DNA of 42,500 bases, from positions 1 to 42,500 of the IMG/VR virus record IMGVR_UViG_3300025117_000015, one strand, 5' to 3'. The position numbers and the translations under genes were made by a program. Positions 32,439-42,500 of the stretch are shown here, piece by piece (position 1 is the stretch's first letter; the number at the start of each line of letters is the position of its first letter). The notes beneath the pieces were generated by a model that saw only the letters and a list, made by a program, of their open reading frames with translations, was not told where the DNA came from and did no database searches. The stretch is from a virus.

Positions 32439-33953
32439 ATGGCTACGGCAAAAAGTCTTTCAATACCACAGATTCTATCGGTTGAAAAATCGGTTATAAG
32501 AATCAAACATCCTGATATTTCAAATTATCCGAGAACTTATCTTGGGACTGAATTGGCGGCTGGTGGGACTGCTGCTAGTTTCCTTGATAATAATATGTTT
32601 GCCGATGATGATTGGTTTATTATGGGAGAGATTGGGGATGAGAAAACAGAAGAGGGTGATGTAAATGGAGCTGTTACTAGAGGTACTTCGGTAACGATAA
32701 CAAATACAAATAAGTTCGCACACGAGGTAGATTGTCCTGTTACAAAGATATTCGAGAGAGGTTTCAAGATATATGGAGCTGCAACATCTGGCGGTGCTGG
32801 TACTTTAATCGCTTCTATTGATGCTAAGACCGCAAGTGCTAATCAGTTAGCTGATGCGATAATGATTCAATGGAACAAGCCTTATAATGAATATACGCTG
32901 ATTTCTACTGATACGGCGTATGCGTATTATTATGCTGTCTTCACAGATGGTACTACAGATAGTTCTGCTTCTGATTATGTTTCTTCTTCAGGACTAGGTT
33001 CAAGTTCTGCCTATAAGATGATACAAAATGCGCTTGATTTAACAGGAGCGCAGATGCAAGAGAATGGCGAAATGAATCCGGACTTTCTTTTGAGGAGCGT
33101 ACAGGATTGGCAAGATTATGTTACTCAATATATCGACCCCTCCACAGGAGTGAAAAAAGATTGGAGCTGGGAATTTATAGAAGATAATACGGCTCTTACG
33201 CTTGTAACAGATGAAAATAGATACGCATTGAGCGGATTAACTTATGGGATGAAGTATGGAGAAACGAAACAGTCTGTTCTAAATATCAGAGTAGGTAAGT
33301 ACCGAACCGAATATATGCCTATTGATGTTTTTGATAGGAGTCTTGAGGGTCGTGTTTATTCTCAAGTAACAACGGCGGCGAGTATCGGTGCTACCTCTCT
33401 GGTACTTGATGATAGCTCTATGTTCGATTCTAGTGGGTCTGTAAATGTTGGAGGCAATTCTCTTACATATACTGCAAATTCATCTGATACATTATCAGGA
33501 ATCCCTGCAAGTGGTACTGGTTCTATAACTGTTAATATCGCTGCGGGCAGGACTTGTTGGCAAGAAGCATATAGTGGTCGCCCACAGTATTGGACTATCT
33601 TTAACGGTTATCTATATTTCAATAGACCTGCGGAGAGTAACTTGAGTGGCTATCCAATCAAGATTAAGTATATCAAGTCACTTACTCCGATTACAGATAT
33701 GTCAGATACAACGGAGATACCTTTCTATAATATCGCACAGTACTACATAGCTTATAAGATTGAGCTTAAGAGAGGCAATATGGATAAGGCTGTAACTTAT
33801 AAGACGTTGCATGACCAAGCACTTCTATCAAATGCAAATTCAGATAGAGCTTATTCTCTTGATACATACAGATACTACAGATTCGGTGGAGATGATTTAT
33901 CTGATAGAAGTCGTCAGGATTGGAACTCGGATGTTTATTACACAAACTACTAA
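32439..33953 (+). CDS. Tail/baseplate-like structural protein (504 aa)
   Basis: Large ORF in the structural module. Confidence 0.6.
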   Translation: MATAKSLSIPQILSVEKSVIRIKHPDISNYPRTYLGTELAAGGTAASFLDNNMFADDDWFIMGEIGDEKTEEGDVNGAVTRGTSVTITNTNKFAHEVDCPVTKIFERGFKIYGAATSGGAGTLIASIDAKTASANQLADAIMIQWNKPYNEYTLISTDTAYAYYYAVFTDGTTDSSASDYVSSSGLGSSSAYKMIQNALDLTGAQMQENGEMNPDFLLRSVQDWQDYVTQYIDPSTGVKKDWSWEFIEDNTALTLVTDENRYALSGLTYGMKYGETKQSVLNIRVGKYRTEYMPIDVFDRSLEGRVYSQVTTAASIGATSLVLDDSSMFDSSGSVNVGGNSLTYTANSSDTLSGIPASGTGSITVNIAAGRTCWQEAYSGRPQYWTIFNGYLYFNRPAESNLSGYPIKIKYIKSLTPITDMSDTTEIPFYNIAQYYIAYKIELKRGNMDKAVTYKTLHDQALLSNANSDRAYSLDTYRYYRFGGDDLSDRSRQDWNSDVYYTNY

Positions 33954-33954
33954 T

Positions 33955-35448
33955 ATGGCTAAAGCATATCTTTCAAACTGGATAAAGGGAGCAAATCAAG
34001 CTGTTAATCCAATGTTAATGGATGACAACTCGTTTAGAGTTATGAATGGTGGAGTTATTTCTTATAAGCTGGGGGCTTTGACAAAAGACCTTGGATACTA
34101 CAGGATTGGTGACGTAGCAAGTGCAGCTAAATCAATCACAGGTCTTTATAACTTCAGACAGTCGAGTGCAACGCAAAAGATATTAAGAACAAAGAATGAT
34201 GATACTGGAGCGAATCTACTGTTGCAATACAACAACGGTGGTACTTGGACTAACATAAACACGGGTACAACTTATAACGCTTTTGAAGATGCGAAGGTGG
34301 AGTTTGAATCCTTTATAGGATATTGCTTCCCTGTTGGCTATGATTCTACTGATGGAGCATGGTTGCCAGTAGGGAGTTTAACTAATACTACTTTCTCGAC
34401 TTCTACTTGTGTAACGAATATGCCAAATGCGAAATATATTAAGCGTTATCGTGATAGGTTGTATGTGGCTAATTGCTATAATAGTGGCGCGTATCCTTAT
34501 CGAGTATATTTTAGTTCTGTTCCAAGCGCTGGTGCTATAACTTGGACTCCTGCAACGGACTTCATAGACATAGACTATTCAGAAGAAATAATAGCTATGG
34601 GTGAGAACTGGGATTATCTCCTGATTTTCACAGAGTACATGGCGTATTATTATAATCAGACTTCTTTCAAGAAATTATGGGATGTTGGTTGTTCTTCTCA
34701 TAGAACGCTTAAAAACTATAGCGCATATATGATTTGGGCTAATAGTGATGGAGTATGGGTGTCTGCGAACATGGGAAGGCCACAGAACATTGCTGGCAAC
34801 GTAATCGACTTTATACGAGGCGGAACACCATCTAACTTCTTCGCTGAAGTAATAGATGAAGAATATCATCTCTATGTAGGTAACGTAACTGTAGACGGCG
34901 TAGCTTATGCAAATGTTGATTTGGTATTCAACTTTGCTACTAGTACTTGGAGATGGAGAGAGCTTGGTACTGCGATGAGTATATTCGCTCGCTACAACAG
35001 CTCCGGCGTACAGAGATTATATATGGGTTCTACTGTTGGGGATGTATGGGATAAATCAAAATACACAGACTCTACAAAGTATTATGCTGATAACTATGTA
35101 AGCGCATATTCTACGGCAACTGATATATCTGTTAATTGTGAAACTAAACCATATTATTTTGACGACCCTTCTATCAGGAAAAGACTTGAAAGAGTTACTG
35201 TATTTTCCGATAGAGCTATCGGGTGTCAGCTTAAGATGAGAGTATTTGATAAGAACACAAGAGCTTTGAAACCTTATGTATCAATCGGACAGCTTACGAA
35301 ATATATCAACGTGTTCGATGGAAATGATGTTGAATTTAACATGGTACAGTTTGAGTTTGTCGAGAGTTCTAAAAATCCATACTTCTCAATTCTTGGAATG
35401 GTTGTAGAGTATGAAGACATATCTATTCCAAACATAAGCAAGAAATAA
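33955..35448 (+). CDS. Tail structural protein (497 aa from the ATG at 33955)
   Basis: The in-frame ATG sits 1 nt after the upstream stop. The track start at 33811 would overlap the previous gene by 143 nt. Confidence 0.6.
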   Translation: MAKAYLSNWIKGANQAVNPMLMDDNSFRVMNGGVISYKLGALTKDLGYYRIGDVASAAKSITGLYNFRQSSATQKILRTKNDDTGANLLLQYNNGGTWTNINTGTTYNAFEDAKVEFESFIGYCFPVGYDSTDGAWLPVGSLTNTTFSTSTCVTNMPNAKYIKRYRDRLYVANCYNSGAYPYRVYFSSVPSAGAITWTPATDFIDIDYSEEIIAMGENWDYLLIFTEYMAYYYNQTSFKKLWDVGCSSHRTLKNYSAYMIWANSDGVWVSANMGRPQNIAGNVIDFIRGGTPSNFFAEVIDEEYHLYVGNVTVDGVAYANVDLVFNFATSTWRWRELGTAMSIFARYNSSGVQRLYMGSTVGDVWDKSKYTDSTKYYADNYVSAYSTATDISVNCETKPYYFDDPSIRKRLERVTVFSDRAIGCQLKMRVFDKNTRALKPYVSIGQLTKYINVFDGNDVEFNMVQFEFVESSKNPYFSILGMVVEYEDISIPNISKK

Positions 35449-37676
35449 TGGTTCAAATTTCCGACCTCGGATTTTCTTTAAACCGAGCCGACATATCGCT
35501 ACAGTATAATACAGCATTTGATGAAGATGTTATTGATTCCGTATTCCCTGTTATAACGGAGGAGGATGTAGATACTCAATCAACGACTGCTGTTAATACT
35601 ATTTCAGGAGATAAGATTTCAGAGTTGAGTGTTGATAAGCTAACTGCTGGAACAATCTCTTCCAAGAAGATGACGCTTGATGTTGTAGATGGACAAGGCG
35701 ATGTGTACTTTGCAGCGGGCAAGACCGATTTCACCAATACCGAATCAGGGTTTATCTTGGGTATAGATGATTCGGATAGCAATAAAGCTAAGTTCTATCT
35801 TGGGGATAGCACTACCTATCTTTCATGGGATGGTACTACTCTATCTATCGTTGGTGGGTTTAATGTTACGGAGATAAATATACCTGATGAAGATACTACT
35901 GCTGATTCTTTCCACGTTGAAACAGATGGTGATACATGGTGGGGATGTACTCATACTAATTTTACTGCTGATAATGATAACGCAACTGCGTATGTATTAA
36001 AAAGTGGTAAAGCTAAATTCCAAGACGTTGAAACGAAAGGTACGATACACGGGTCTGTATTTAAATATGATGTTGCATCTGCTGTTGGTGGCCAGTTAAT
36101 AGTCACTAATGCAGATAAAATATCGACAAGCATGACGGCGTTGGATGCTTCTACTTTAACAATAGAGGGCAATACAACGTTTGCAGCTAATGATATGCTC
36201 TATATAAGGGCTGATAACGGAGGTGGAATACAGGAGGAGTATATGAGAGTAACAAGTGCTGCTTCTGCGCCTACATATTCTGTTACCAGAGATTTGGCTA
36301 GTGCCTATTCTGCAAATGCTAATCCTGCATGGAAGGCTGGTACTGCGGTTATGAAGATTGGTGAATCAGATGGAGCTGCAACATATTCAGGTGGATGGTT
36401 GAGGCTGTACGGAGAAGGTACTAACGCTCCATACTATTCAGTCTATTCAAGAACAGGGGTAGCTTATAACGGATATTCTGAAAGAGTGAGATTAGGGAAT
36501 CTTAATGGTACTGCCGGCTTTGTTGCTGATACTTATGGTATCTTCATAGGAGATTATACGAATAATCAATATCTTACATATGACGATGTATCAGGAGTAT
36601 TAAACGTGAATGGTTCTGATTTAAGTCTTAATGGTTTTTATGGGAATGGTAAAGATGGAGATGTGACAATAAGCGTTGATACAACTCTTACGAGTGATAT
36701 GTTTTATGACGATTTAACTGTTAATAATGGTGTTACGTTAAATACTGGTAGTTATAGAGTTTTTGTAAAAGGGACTTGTACTAATAATGGTACGATAGCA
36801 AGAAATGGAGTGGCTGGTGGAAATGGTGGAAATGGTGTAACCCCATCCTCTGAAACAACGGCGGCCGGAGGTACTGCTGGTACTGCTGGTACTGCTCTCT
36901 CTGCTGGTTCTTTGGCAGGTGTTGATGCAGGACAGGCAGGGAAGGCAGGAGCCGATGGTAAAACAACTAACAATAATGGAGGAGCTGGAGTAGCAGGTGG
37001 AACTGGAACTACTAGAAATGTAACACTAGTATCTTCTCAAAATGGGGTAGCTGGTGGCCAAGGTGGACTTTCAGGAGGATATACAGTAGGTACTGCTGGA
37101 GCAGCAGGTACGGCAGGTTCAACAACTGGAGTTACAAATTTACCATATTCAGTAACTCCTGCTTATAATCTTTACGATTTCGTGGCTACAAGTATTATAA
37201 GTTCGGCAGCTAATAATGGAGGGTCTGGTTCTGGTGGGAGTGGAGCAACTGCTTGTACTGGTACAGGAAAAGCTGCAACTGGTGGTGGTGGTGGCAGCGG
37301 TGGATGTGGTTCTAATGGAGGAATTGTTTGCCTATTTGCAAGATTTTTAGTTAATAATGGAGTTATAAGTGCTAATGGAGGTAACGGGGGAAATGGTGGT
37401 AACGCAGGAAGTCCGTGGATAAACGGATTGCTACAATCAAGTGGAGCTGGTTCCGGTGGTGGAGGAGGAGGAGATGGTGGTAATGGCGGATTAGTAGTAT
37501 GTGTATATAATAGAAAGACTGGTTCTGGGACAATTACGGCAACTGGTGGAACTGGCGGGACTGGTGGGAGTAAATCGCTTGCAACATATACGGCGGGAGG
37601 TGGCGCTGATGACGGTACAAATGGAACTGCGGGTACAAATGGTATTACAGGTATAACGATTGAATTACGCAATTAA
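35448..37676 (+). CDS. Tail fibre/spike protein with a glycine-rich C-terminal region
   Basis: SELSVDKLTAGTISSKKMTL is a fibre-type N-terminal motif. The C-terminal ~290 aa are rich in GGNGGNG / GTAGTAG tracts. Confidence 0.6.
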   Translation: MVQISDLGFSLNRADISLQYNTAFDEDVIDSVFPVITEEDVDTQSTTAVNTISGDKISELSVDKLTAGTISSKKMTLDVVDGQGDVYFAAGKTDFTNTESGFILGIDDSDSNKAKFYLGDSTTYLSWDGTTLSIVGGFNVTEINIPDEDTTADSFHVETDGDTWWGCTHTNFTADNDNATAYVLKSGKAKFQDVETKGTIHGSVFKYDVASAVGGQLIVTNADKISTSMTALDASTLTIEGNTTFAANDMLYIRADNGGGIQEEYMRVTSAASAPTYSVTRDLASAYSANANPAWKAGTAVMKIGESDGAATYSGGWLRLYGEGTNAPYYSVYSRTGVAYNGYSERVRLGNLNGTAGFVADTYGIFIGDYTNNQYLTYDDVSGVLNVNGSDLSLNGFYGNGKDGDVTISVDTTLTSDMFYDDLTVNNGVTLNTGSYRVFVKGTCTNNGTIARNGVAGGNGGNGVTPSSETTAAGGTAGTAGTALSAGSLAGVDAGQAGKAGADGKTTNNNGGAGVAGGTGTTRNVTLVSSQNGVAGGQGGLSGGYTVGTAGAAGTAGSTTGVTNLPYSVTPAYNLYDFVATSIISSAANNGGSGSGGSGATACTGTGKAATGGGGGSGGCGSNGGIVCLFARFLVNNGVISANGGNGGNGGNAGSPWINGLLQSSGAGSGGGGGGDGGNGGLVVCVYNRKTGSGTITATGGTGGTGGSKSLATYTAGGGADDGTNGTAGTNGITGITIELRN

Positions 37677-37694
37677 AAATTAACAATAACAGAT

Positions 37695-39017
37695 ATGTCG
37701 ATTAAAATCACAATGCCGAGTACTGAAGAAGGAAAGTATGCCGTTGCCAAAACATACTATGGCAATAGTATATCCGATGCTGCATTGAAGGCTTATATCG
37801 CAAAGGCTGGCAAGATGGAGGCTATACTTGAAGAAATCAATTACGCCTTGAATCGTGCCGAGGAAAGAATAAGTCGTAGCGACCCTGCTAGAGTTGGTAC
37901 TTCTAATCCAACACTTGTCGCTGAATATGAAGACTGGAGTAAGAATTTACAGAATTATATAAATCAATTTGTGACAGAAGATACTGCACAGTATTTCAAG
38001 ACCGATTCTTCTGGTCAATCAGTTTTACAATCTGCTGGAGTCACTTCCGATTATATAGAAAAAACAGATTTGCAAAAGATGGAAGCTGGGGAGATGCAAC
38101 CGAATCTTGATACGTTTAAGGAGGCTTATGGAAGTGACCAATCACAAGGTTCAAAGGCTTTAACATCTTATCAGAGCGCTCTTGCTGCATGGAGAGAATC
38201 TAGCGGGAAGACAGATAGCGGTACGACATCAGGTACTACTACAGATGGTACGGCTGCTGATACAACAACTGATACAGCAAGTGGTACTACGACAACTGAT
38301 ACTACTACTGATATAAATGCTTCTAGGCAATCAGCAATAGATGAACTGACACAGGCTTATAATGACGGGTTGATAACGTTTGATTCTTACTTGCTATATA
38401 CAGATGCCGTGAACAATTGGGAATCAGGAACGGAAGTAAATTTTGATACTATTCTTGAAACCTTTAACGAATTAAAAGCTTCAACAATCGACCCATACTA
38501 TGCAGACCAACTTGATAGAGCAACTGCATATATACAAAGTTCAAAAGATTACATGACTGCTCAAAGAGCATTGGCATTAGAGAGTGAAAGCGCAACTGCT
38601 AAGGCTAATTTAAATTCTGCCAAAGCAAGTCTTGAAGCTGCCGGTATGACATTTACTGGCAAGGCGAGAGAATATCTAGGGGCTGAAAGTGCTTATGCGC
38701 AAGAAGGCAAAGGTACAAGTCCGGTTGAAGGTCTTAACTTTAACGATTATTTTGAGGGATTAGTTCCACAGGAAGCAAGACTAGTATCGGAATCTTCTCT
38801 AAGTTCTTATAATAAGAGTCTTGCAGATTTAGCCGCTTCTGCTGAAGAACAACTCGGCACAGCAGGAACGTCTGCCCTTGGTTTAGCCACGACTGGGGAC
38901 ACAACAGGTACGATACAACAGGCAAGCGAAAGCGCACAGGCTAGTGCGTTAAGCCAATTATATTCAAACGCTATTGGGAACGAACAACAGGGTTGGGAAA
39001 CTAATTTACTATCTTAA
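37695..39017 (+). CDS. Virion protein with a Thr-rich low-complexity linker (440 aa)
   Basis: It contains TSGTTTDGTAADTTTDTASGTTTTDTTTD. It shares a ~40-aa motif with the next protein. Confidence 0.55.
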   Translation: MSIKITMPSTEEGKYAVAKTYYGNSISDAALKAYIAKAGKMEAILEEINYALNRAEERISRSDPARVGTSNPTLVAEYEDWSKNLQNYINQFVTEDTAQYFKTDSSGQSVLQSAGVTSDYIEKTDLQKMEAGEMQPNLDTFKEAYGSDQSQGSKALTSYQSALAAWRESSGKTDSGTTSGTTTDGTAADTTTDTASGTTTTDTTTDINASRQSAIDELTQAYNDGLITFDSYLLYTDAVNNWESGTEVNFDTILETFNELKASTIDPYYADQLDRATAYIQSSKDYMTAQRALALESESATAKANLNSAKASLEAAGMTFTGKAREYLGAESAYAQEGKGTSPVEGLNFNDYFEGLVPQEARLVSESSLSSYNKSLADLAASAEEQLGTAGTSALGLATTGDTTGTIQQASESAQASALSQLYSNAIGNEQQGWETNLLS

Positions 39018-39026
39018 TATAAATTT

Positions 39027-40862
39027 ATGGCTACAGTCACAGAAATGGAGTCGGGCAAGGCTCAACCAAATCTAACAGCTTTTAAGGCGCAATACGGTGA
39101 TGCTGCTGGATTAAAGGCATATCAGAGTGCATTAAGTACATGGCGTAGCAATACGTCTGTTACAAGACCTATCGATACAACTCCTGATACAAAAGTGAAA
39201 CTAACGGGGTCTGATACATCTGCTACTACTGGGGAGATAGACGAACCTGCTTCGCCTATTGCTACGGCTGATTCAACAGCAAATCAGGACTTGATTGATA
39301 CCGGGAAAGCAAAGACGGCTGATTTAGCTACTGAACTTGGGATTCAGAGTTGGACTGATTTGAGCGATGACGAGAAGGCTGATTTTATTTCAGCGAGTGG
39401 ATTGAACACAGAGGAGTTAAAAGCAATGGGGATGTCTGATGAATATATACAGAATCTTGGGGAGAGTGCTTTTAAATTGGAACAGGCGCAAGGACAGGTT
39501 GGCGCAACAAATGTTAGCAATTCTTCTTTGTACTTCTTGCAAAGAGCTTTGCAGAAGGTATCAGGCGTTGGAAGCCAAGATATTGGGACTAGCAAACTAT
39601 ATGAAGCCGCAGGTCTGCCTACAAGCATGGCTACATTATCACCGAGCCTACAACAAAGAGCTAATGAGATGTCAGCTTTGTATGATAAATATAACTTTAC
39701 CACAGGACAAATAGCACAGGCACAGGTTGATACTTATAACGCCGCACTCACTAATTACGGGATGGTAAAAGATGAATGGGATAAAGCAACTGCGTATGTG
39801 CAGGGACTTGAACAAAGAGCATGGGAAAGTCAAAACGAAATGGATATGTATATCAAGAAATCTGAATACGATGCTTCAGTTGCTTCAAGCAAACCTAGTA
39901 AACTTACATATAACGAGGCTTTATCTGAACAATTTGGACTGCTTACTTTTGTAGACGAGTATGGCAATATGACTTTTGTTGATGAAACTACAAGTAGTGC
40001 GGAAGGCGATATAGTGGCAACTGGATATACGGGGGCGTATGGAGGTAATTGTGCTTTATATGTTGAAGAAATTTATCCTCAAATGCCAACAGGCTTGAAT
40101 ACAAAAGAAGAAAGACAATCGTGGGTGAATAATTACGGATTTACTCTTAGCGAAAGAACTCCGCAAGTAAACGATGTAGTACAGACACTCGAAGGAGATG
40201 TTGGACATACGGCAATAATCAGAGGATTTACTGAAGATGGCAAGATGATATTAGAAGAATCAAATTATAGGGCTGGAGTTGCGACTATCGGCAGAGAACT
40301 TGCACTCAATAGTCCGTGGGTGATTGGTTTCTGGTCGCCTAATGCTGAAGAAATAAAAAGCGTAGCTGGAGAGGCCGAAGGTACAAAATTGCCTACTACT
40401 AAAATAGATGATTCCGCTTCTGTTAATCCAAGTGGAGCTGAAACATTTACAACTGCTCCTGCTGAATATACTGATACATCCTTAAAGACTGGTAGCGGTG
40501 GTACTGCGGCTATAAATTATATAAACGAAGCTATTAGCTTACAAGGTTATGCAACCGAGAGTGATTATGAAGATGCGAAATTATTATTACAAAATTCAGC
40601 AGATGAAGATACATTTAATAACTGGTATCTTAATGCTGGGGGGAAAGATTTGATACAAGAAGATTTAACTGCGGATGATATATTAACTTCTCAAGAGATG
40701 TTAGATACGTTAAAGACTGACGTAAGCGGTAATAAGTTAAATCCTACTGAAATAGCACAGGCGGTAACAGATTTAGTACCAAATATAAGTGATACCGACT
40801 TGACTGCTATTATGAAAAAATTAGGATATACATGGGATTCAAAAAAATTAATATGGAAATAA
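39027..40862 (+). CDS. Virion-associated peptidoglycan hydrolase with a CHAP domain
   Basis: GGNCALYVEE (Cys) ... GDVGHTAIIRG (His) ... LEESNY fits the CHAP catalytic arrangement within a 611-aa structural protein. Confidence 0.6.
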   Translation: MATVTEMESGKAQPNLTAFKAQYGDAAGLKAYQSALSTWRSNTSVTRPIDTTPDTKVKLTGSDTSATTGEIDEPASPIATADSTANQDLIDTGKAKTADLATELGIQSWTDLSDDEKADFISASGLNTEELKAMGMSDEYIQNLGESAFKLEQAQGQVGATNVSNSSLYFLQRALQKVSGVGSQDIGTSKLYEAAGLPTSMATLSPSLQQRANEMSALYDKYNFTTGQIAQAQVDTYNAALTNYGMVKDEWDKATAYVQGLEQRAWESQNEMDMYIKKSEYDASVASSKPSKLTYNEALSEQFGLLTFVDEYGNMTFVDETTSSAEGDIVATGYTGAYGGNCALYVEEIYPQMPTGLNTKEERQSWVNNYGFTLSERTPQVNDVVQTLEGDVGHTAIIRGFTEDGKMILEESNYRAGVATIGRELALNSPWVIGFWSPNAEEIKSVAGEAEGTKLPTTKIDDSASVNPSGAETFTTAPAEYTDTSLKTGSGGTAAINYINEAISLQGYATESDYEDAKLLLQNSADEDTFNNWYLNAGGKDLIQEDLTADDILTSQEMLDTLKTDVSGNKLNPTEIAQAVTDLVPNISDTDLTAIMKKLGYTWDSKKLIWK

Positions 40863-40875
40863 AATAATAAAACTT

Positions 40876-42500
40876 ATGGTAACTCAAAAAAGAACTAAAT
40901 CAACGGTTGGTCTTGGTACGGGAATACCAGAAGTAACTACGCCATCAATAGAAGTAGCACAAACTACTACGCCTACTGTTAGTACGAAGCTAACAATAGG
41001 ACAGGTTGGGATGTCTTTAAGTGAATTAAATGCAAGCACTCCCGAAGGTAAAACTCAAAGTTTTGGAGATAGATTTATAGATAGTTCTATGCAGGCGGCA
41101 AGTATGATGTTCACTCCTGCCATTAAAACTATAAAAGCAATGGGTGACATAGGGCAAAAGATTGTAGAAACAGGGGCGGAATATACAGCTAAACCGGCTT
41201 TGCGTCTTGCGCTTGTATCGCAAGCTAAAACAAAAGAAAAGTTATCAGGCGTACAGGTTGAGCCAGCATATAATAAATACTTGGGGAGAACAACCCCTCC
41301 TAGAACTTTAAAGGAAGCGGCTAATGACCTTGCTGATGCTGTTATGGTTGCTTCAATGCTAGCTCCTTTAACTTCTTTGGCTGGTAAAACAGGTGGACTT
41401 GCTACCAAGTTTGCTAAACCTTTATTCACAGATATTGCACAGCCAACAATAGCTTCGATGTTTAAGGGAGGTATTAAGCCTGTTGTTAAGTCCGGTGCAT
41501 TGGGTCTTACTTATGGGACTTTAAAATCTTATGCTACTAATGATGACTGGAGAACGATTGCAGGAGATGGTGTTTTAACGGCTGTATTATTTGCAGGGCT
41601 ACAGGCAGGATTGGGACTTGTAGGAGTTGGGGCGTATGCTCTATTCACAAAAGGCGCTCCAGTCTTGATGACTGATATAAAGGTAGCGGCAACGGAAGCT
41701 ATGGAAGGTGGGTTTAAGACTGCTAAACCTGAAGCGATACAGGCTCTTGCCAATATCACGAAATATAAAGACGAATGGATTAAGATAATAACTAAACTTA
41801 AAGGGGAGGGCGAATCTTTAGATGCAATTCCTATCCGTGTATCAAGAGATATTAAAGGTGATATAGTAAGCTGGGTAAAAGGGATGGTGGATGATTTCAT
41901 TCCAAAGCAATCACAAACAGGACAGGTTAAAAACTTCTTAACTGCGGCAAAGAAAGTTACAGAAGAAACTGTTGATGATGTTTACGAGATGGCAATGTCG
42001 GTTACTGGAGCTAAAAGAAATCCATTTACTTCTTCTTTCTTTGGAGAGAACAGGATGACAAACTTATTCCCATCCGTTCCAAAAGGTATGCGCGACCCTG
42101 CTAAATTCGCTCAATACCAACAGGGTATTTATAATGATAGCGATGGGGACATTGAGATACCAGATGAGGAATTGAAACAGATGGAAGCCGAAGCTATGAA
42201 CGATATAAGACAAGATGTTGAGGGTGCTGGTAACCAAAAATTCATAACTACTTATGCTAATAAATTAAATACATACAAGAAAGTTTTACCAGATATTGCG
42301 ACTAAAGATTGGGATAGCGCAATGGTTTATGCGAGAGAGCAAATCAAAACTAATTTAACGCCATATAAAAAACAGTTATTACAGAATTTCATAAATGATT
42401 TTGAAGGACTTGATTCGGAAGTTGCACAGGAATATCAACAGTTATCGGAAGATGTAAGTATGGCAGATGTGCCAACGGCTAATGATGTATTCGATGAGAT
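40876..42500 (+). CDS. N-terminal third of the 1,509-aa junction-spanning virion protein (continues at base 1)
   Basis: From ATG 40876 there is no stop to the window end. The ORF is absent from the track because it is unterminated. It has a hydrophobic segment GVLTAVLFAGLQAGLGLVGVGAYALF. Confidence 0.7.
   Translation, partial: MVTQKRTKSTVGLGTGIPEVTTPSIEVAQTTTPTVSTKLTIGQVGMSLSELNASTPEGKTQSFGDRFIDSSMQAASMMFTPAIKTIKAMGDIGQKIVETGAEYTAKPALRLALVSQAKTKEKLSGVQVEPAYNKYLGRTTPPRTLKEAANDLADAVMVASMLAPLTSLAGKTGGLATKFAKPLFTDIAQPTIASMFKGGIKPVVKSGALGLTYGTLKSYATNDDWRTIAGDGVLTAVLFAGLQAGLGLVGVGAYALFTKGAPVLMTDIKVAATEAMEGGFKTAKPEAIQALANITKYKDEWIKIITKLKGEGESLDAIPIRVSRDIKGDIVSWVKGMVDDFIPKQSQTGQVKNFLTAAKKVTEETVDDVYEMAMSVTGAKRNPFTSSFFGENRMTNLFPSVPKGMRDPAKFAQYQQGIYNDSDGDIEIPDEELKQMEAEAMNDIRQDVEGAGNQKFITTYANKLNTYKKVLPDIATKDWDSAMVYAREQIKTNLTPYKKQLLQNFINDFEGLDSEVAQEYQQLSEDVSMADVPTANDVFDE
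42374..42500. repeat. Terminal overlap identical to 1..127
   Basis: Read directly. Confidence 0.95.

Larger units (their letters stand above)
1..42500. mobile_element. Complete tailed dsDNA phage genome, circularly closed assembly (unit length 42,373 bp)
   Basis: Terminase, portal, capsid, fibre, lysis and replication modules are all present. The first 127 nt are repeated exactly at the window end. Coding density is high and there are only two strand-switch points. Confidence 0.85.

Noticed and set aside
33811-33954. Upstream extension of the 545-aa track ORF overlapping the previous gene by 143 nt
   Set aside because: An in-frame ATG at 33955 sits 1 nt after the upstream stop and gives the tight packing seen elsewhere, so the extension is probably untranslated.
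37172-37672. 166-aa proline-rich minus-strand ORF
   Set aside because: It is the antisense shadow of the glycine-rich (GGN) coding tract of the tail fibre. GGN codons read as NCC (Pro) on the other strand.
1-42500. tRNA genes, CRISPR arrays, integrase/repressor lysogeny module, DNA polymerase
   Set aside because: I scanned for T-loop-like GGTTCGAATCC motifs, regularly spaced repeats and tyrosine/serine recombinase-sized ORFs and found none. Absence is by eye only and should be confirmed with tRNAscan-SE and profile searches.

Overview
The window is a complete tailed dsDNA phage genome from a circularly closed assembly. Bases 1..127 are identical to 42374..42500, so the unit length is 42,373 bp. 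Two transcription blocks fill it. A minus-strand early/accessory block (4119..13019) encodes two paralogous DNA methyltransferases, a VRR-NUC nuclease, a papain-like peptidase, a PD-(D/E)XK exonuclease, an SSB-like protein, an HNH protein and many small ORFs. A plus-strand block runs from 13119 across the window junction to 4068. It encodes small membrane/secreted proteins, two HNH proteins, a replisome organiser, a DnaB-type helicase, terS/terL, portal, the head module with an embedded glycosyltransferase, major capsid, beta-helix and fibre proteins, a CHAP-domain virion protein, a 1,509-aa ORF spanning the junction, and a lysis cassette. I found no tRNA, CRISPR array, integrase, DNA polymerase or reverse transcriptase. 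Genes lack Shine-Dalgarno sequences, yet extended -10 sigma70-type promoters recur. The most unusual locus is an ORF-free stretch of about 517 nt (17244..17760). It has its own promoter-like element and long nested or pseudoknotted helices, and sits directly upstream of a small HNH protein with an arginine-rich N-terminus. I interpret it as a candidate large structured RNA. All functional calls rest on motifs read by eye; no searches were run.
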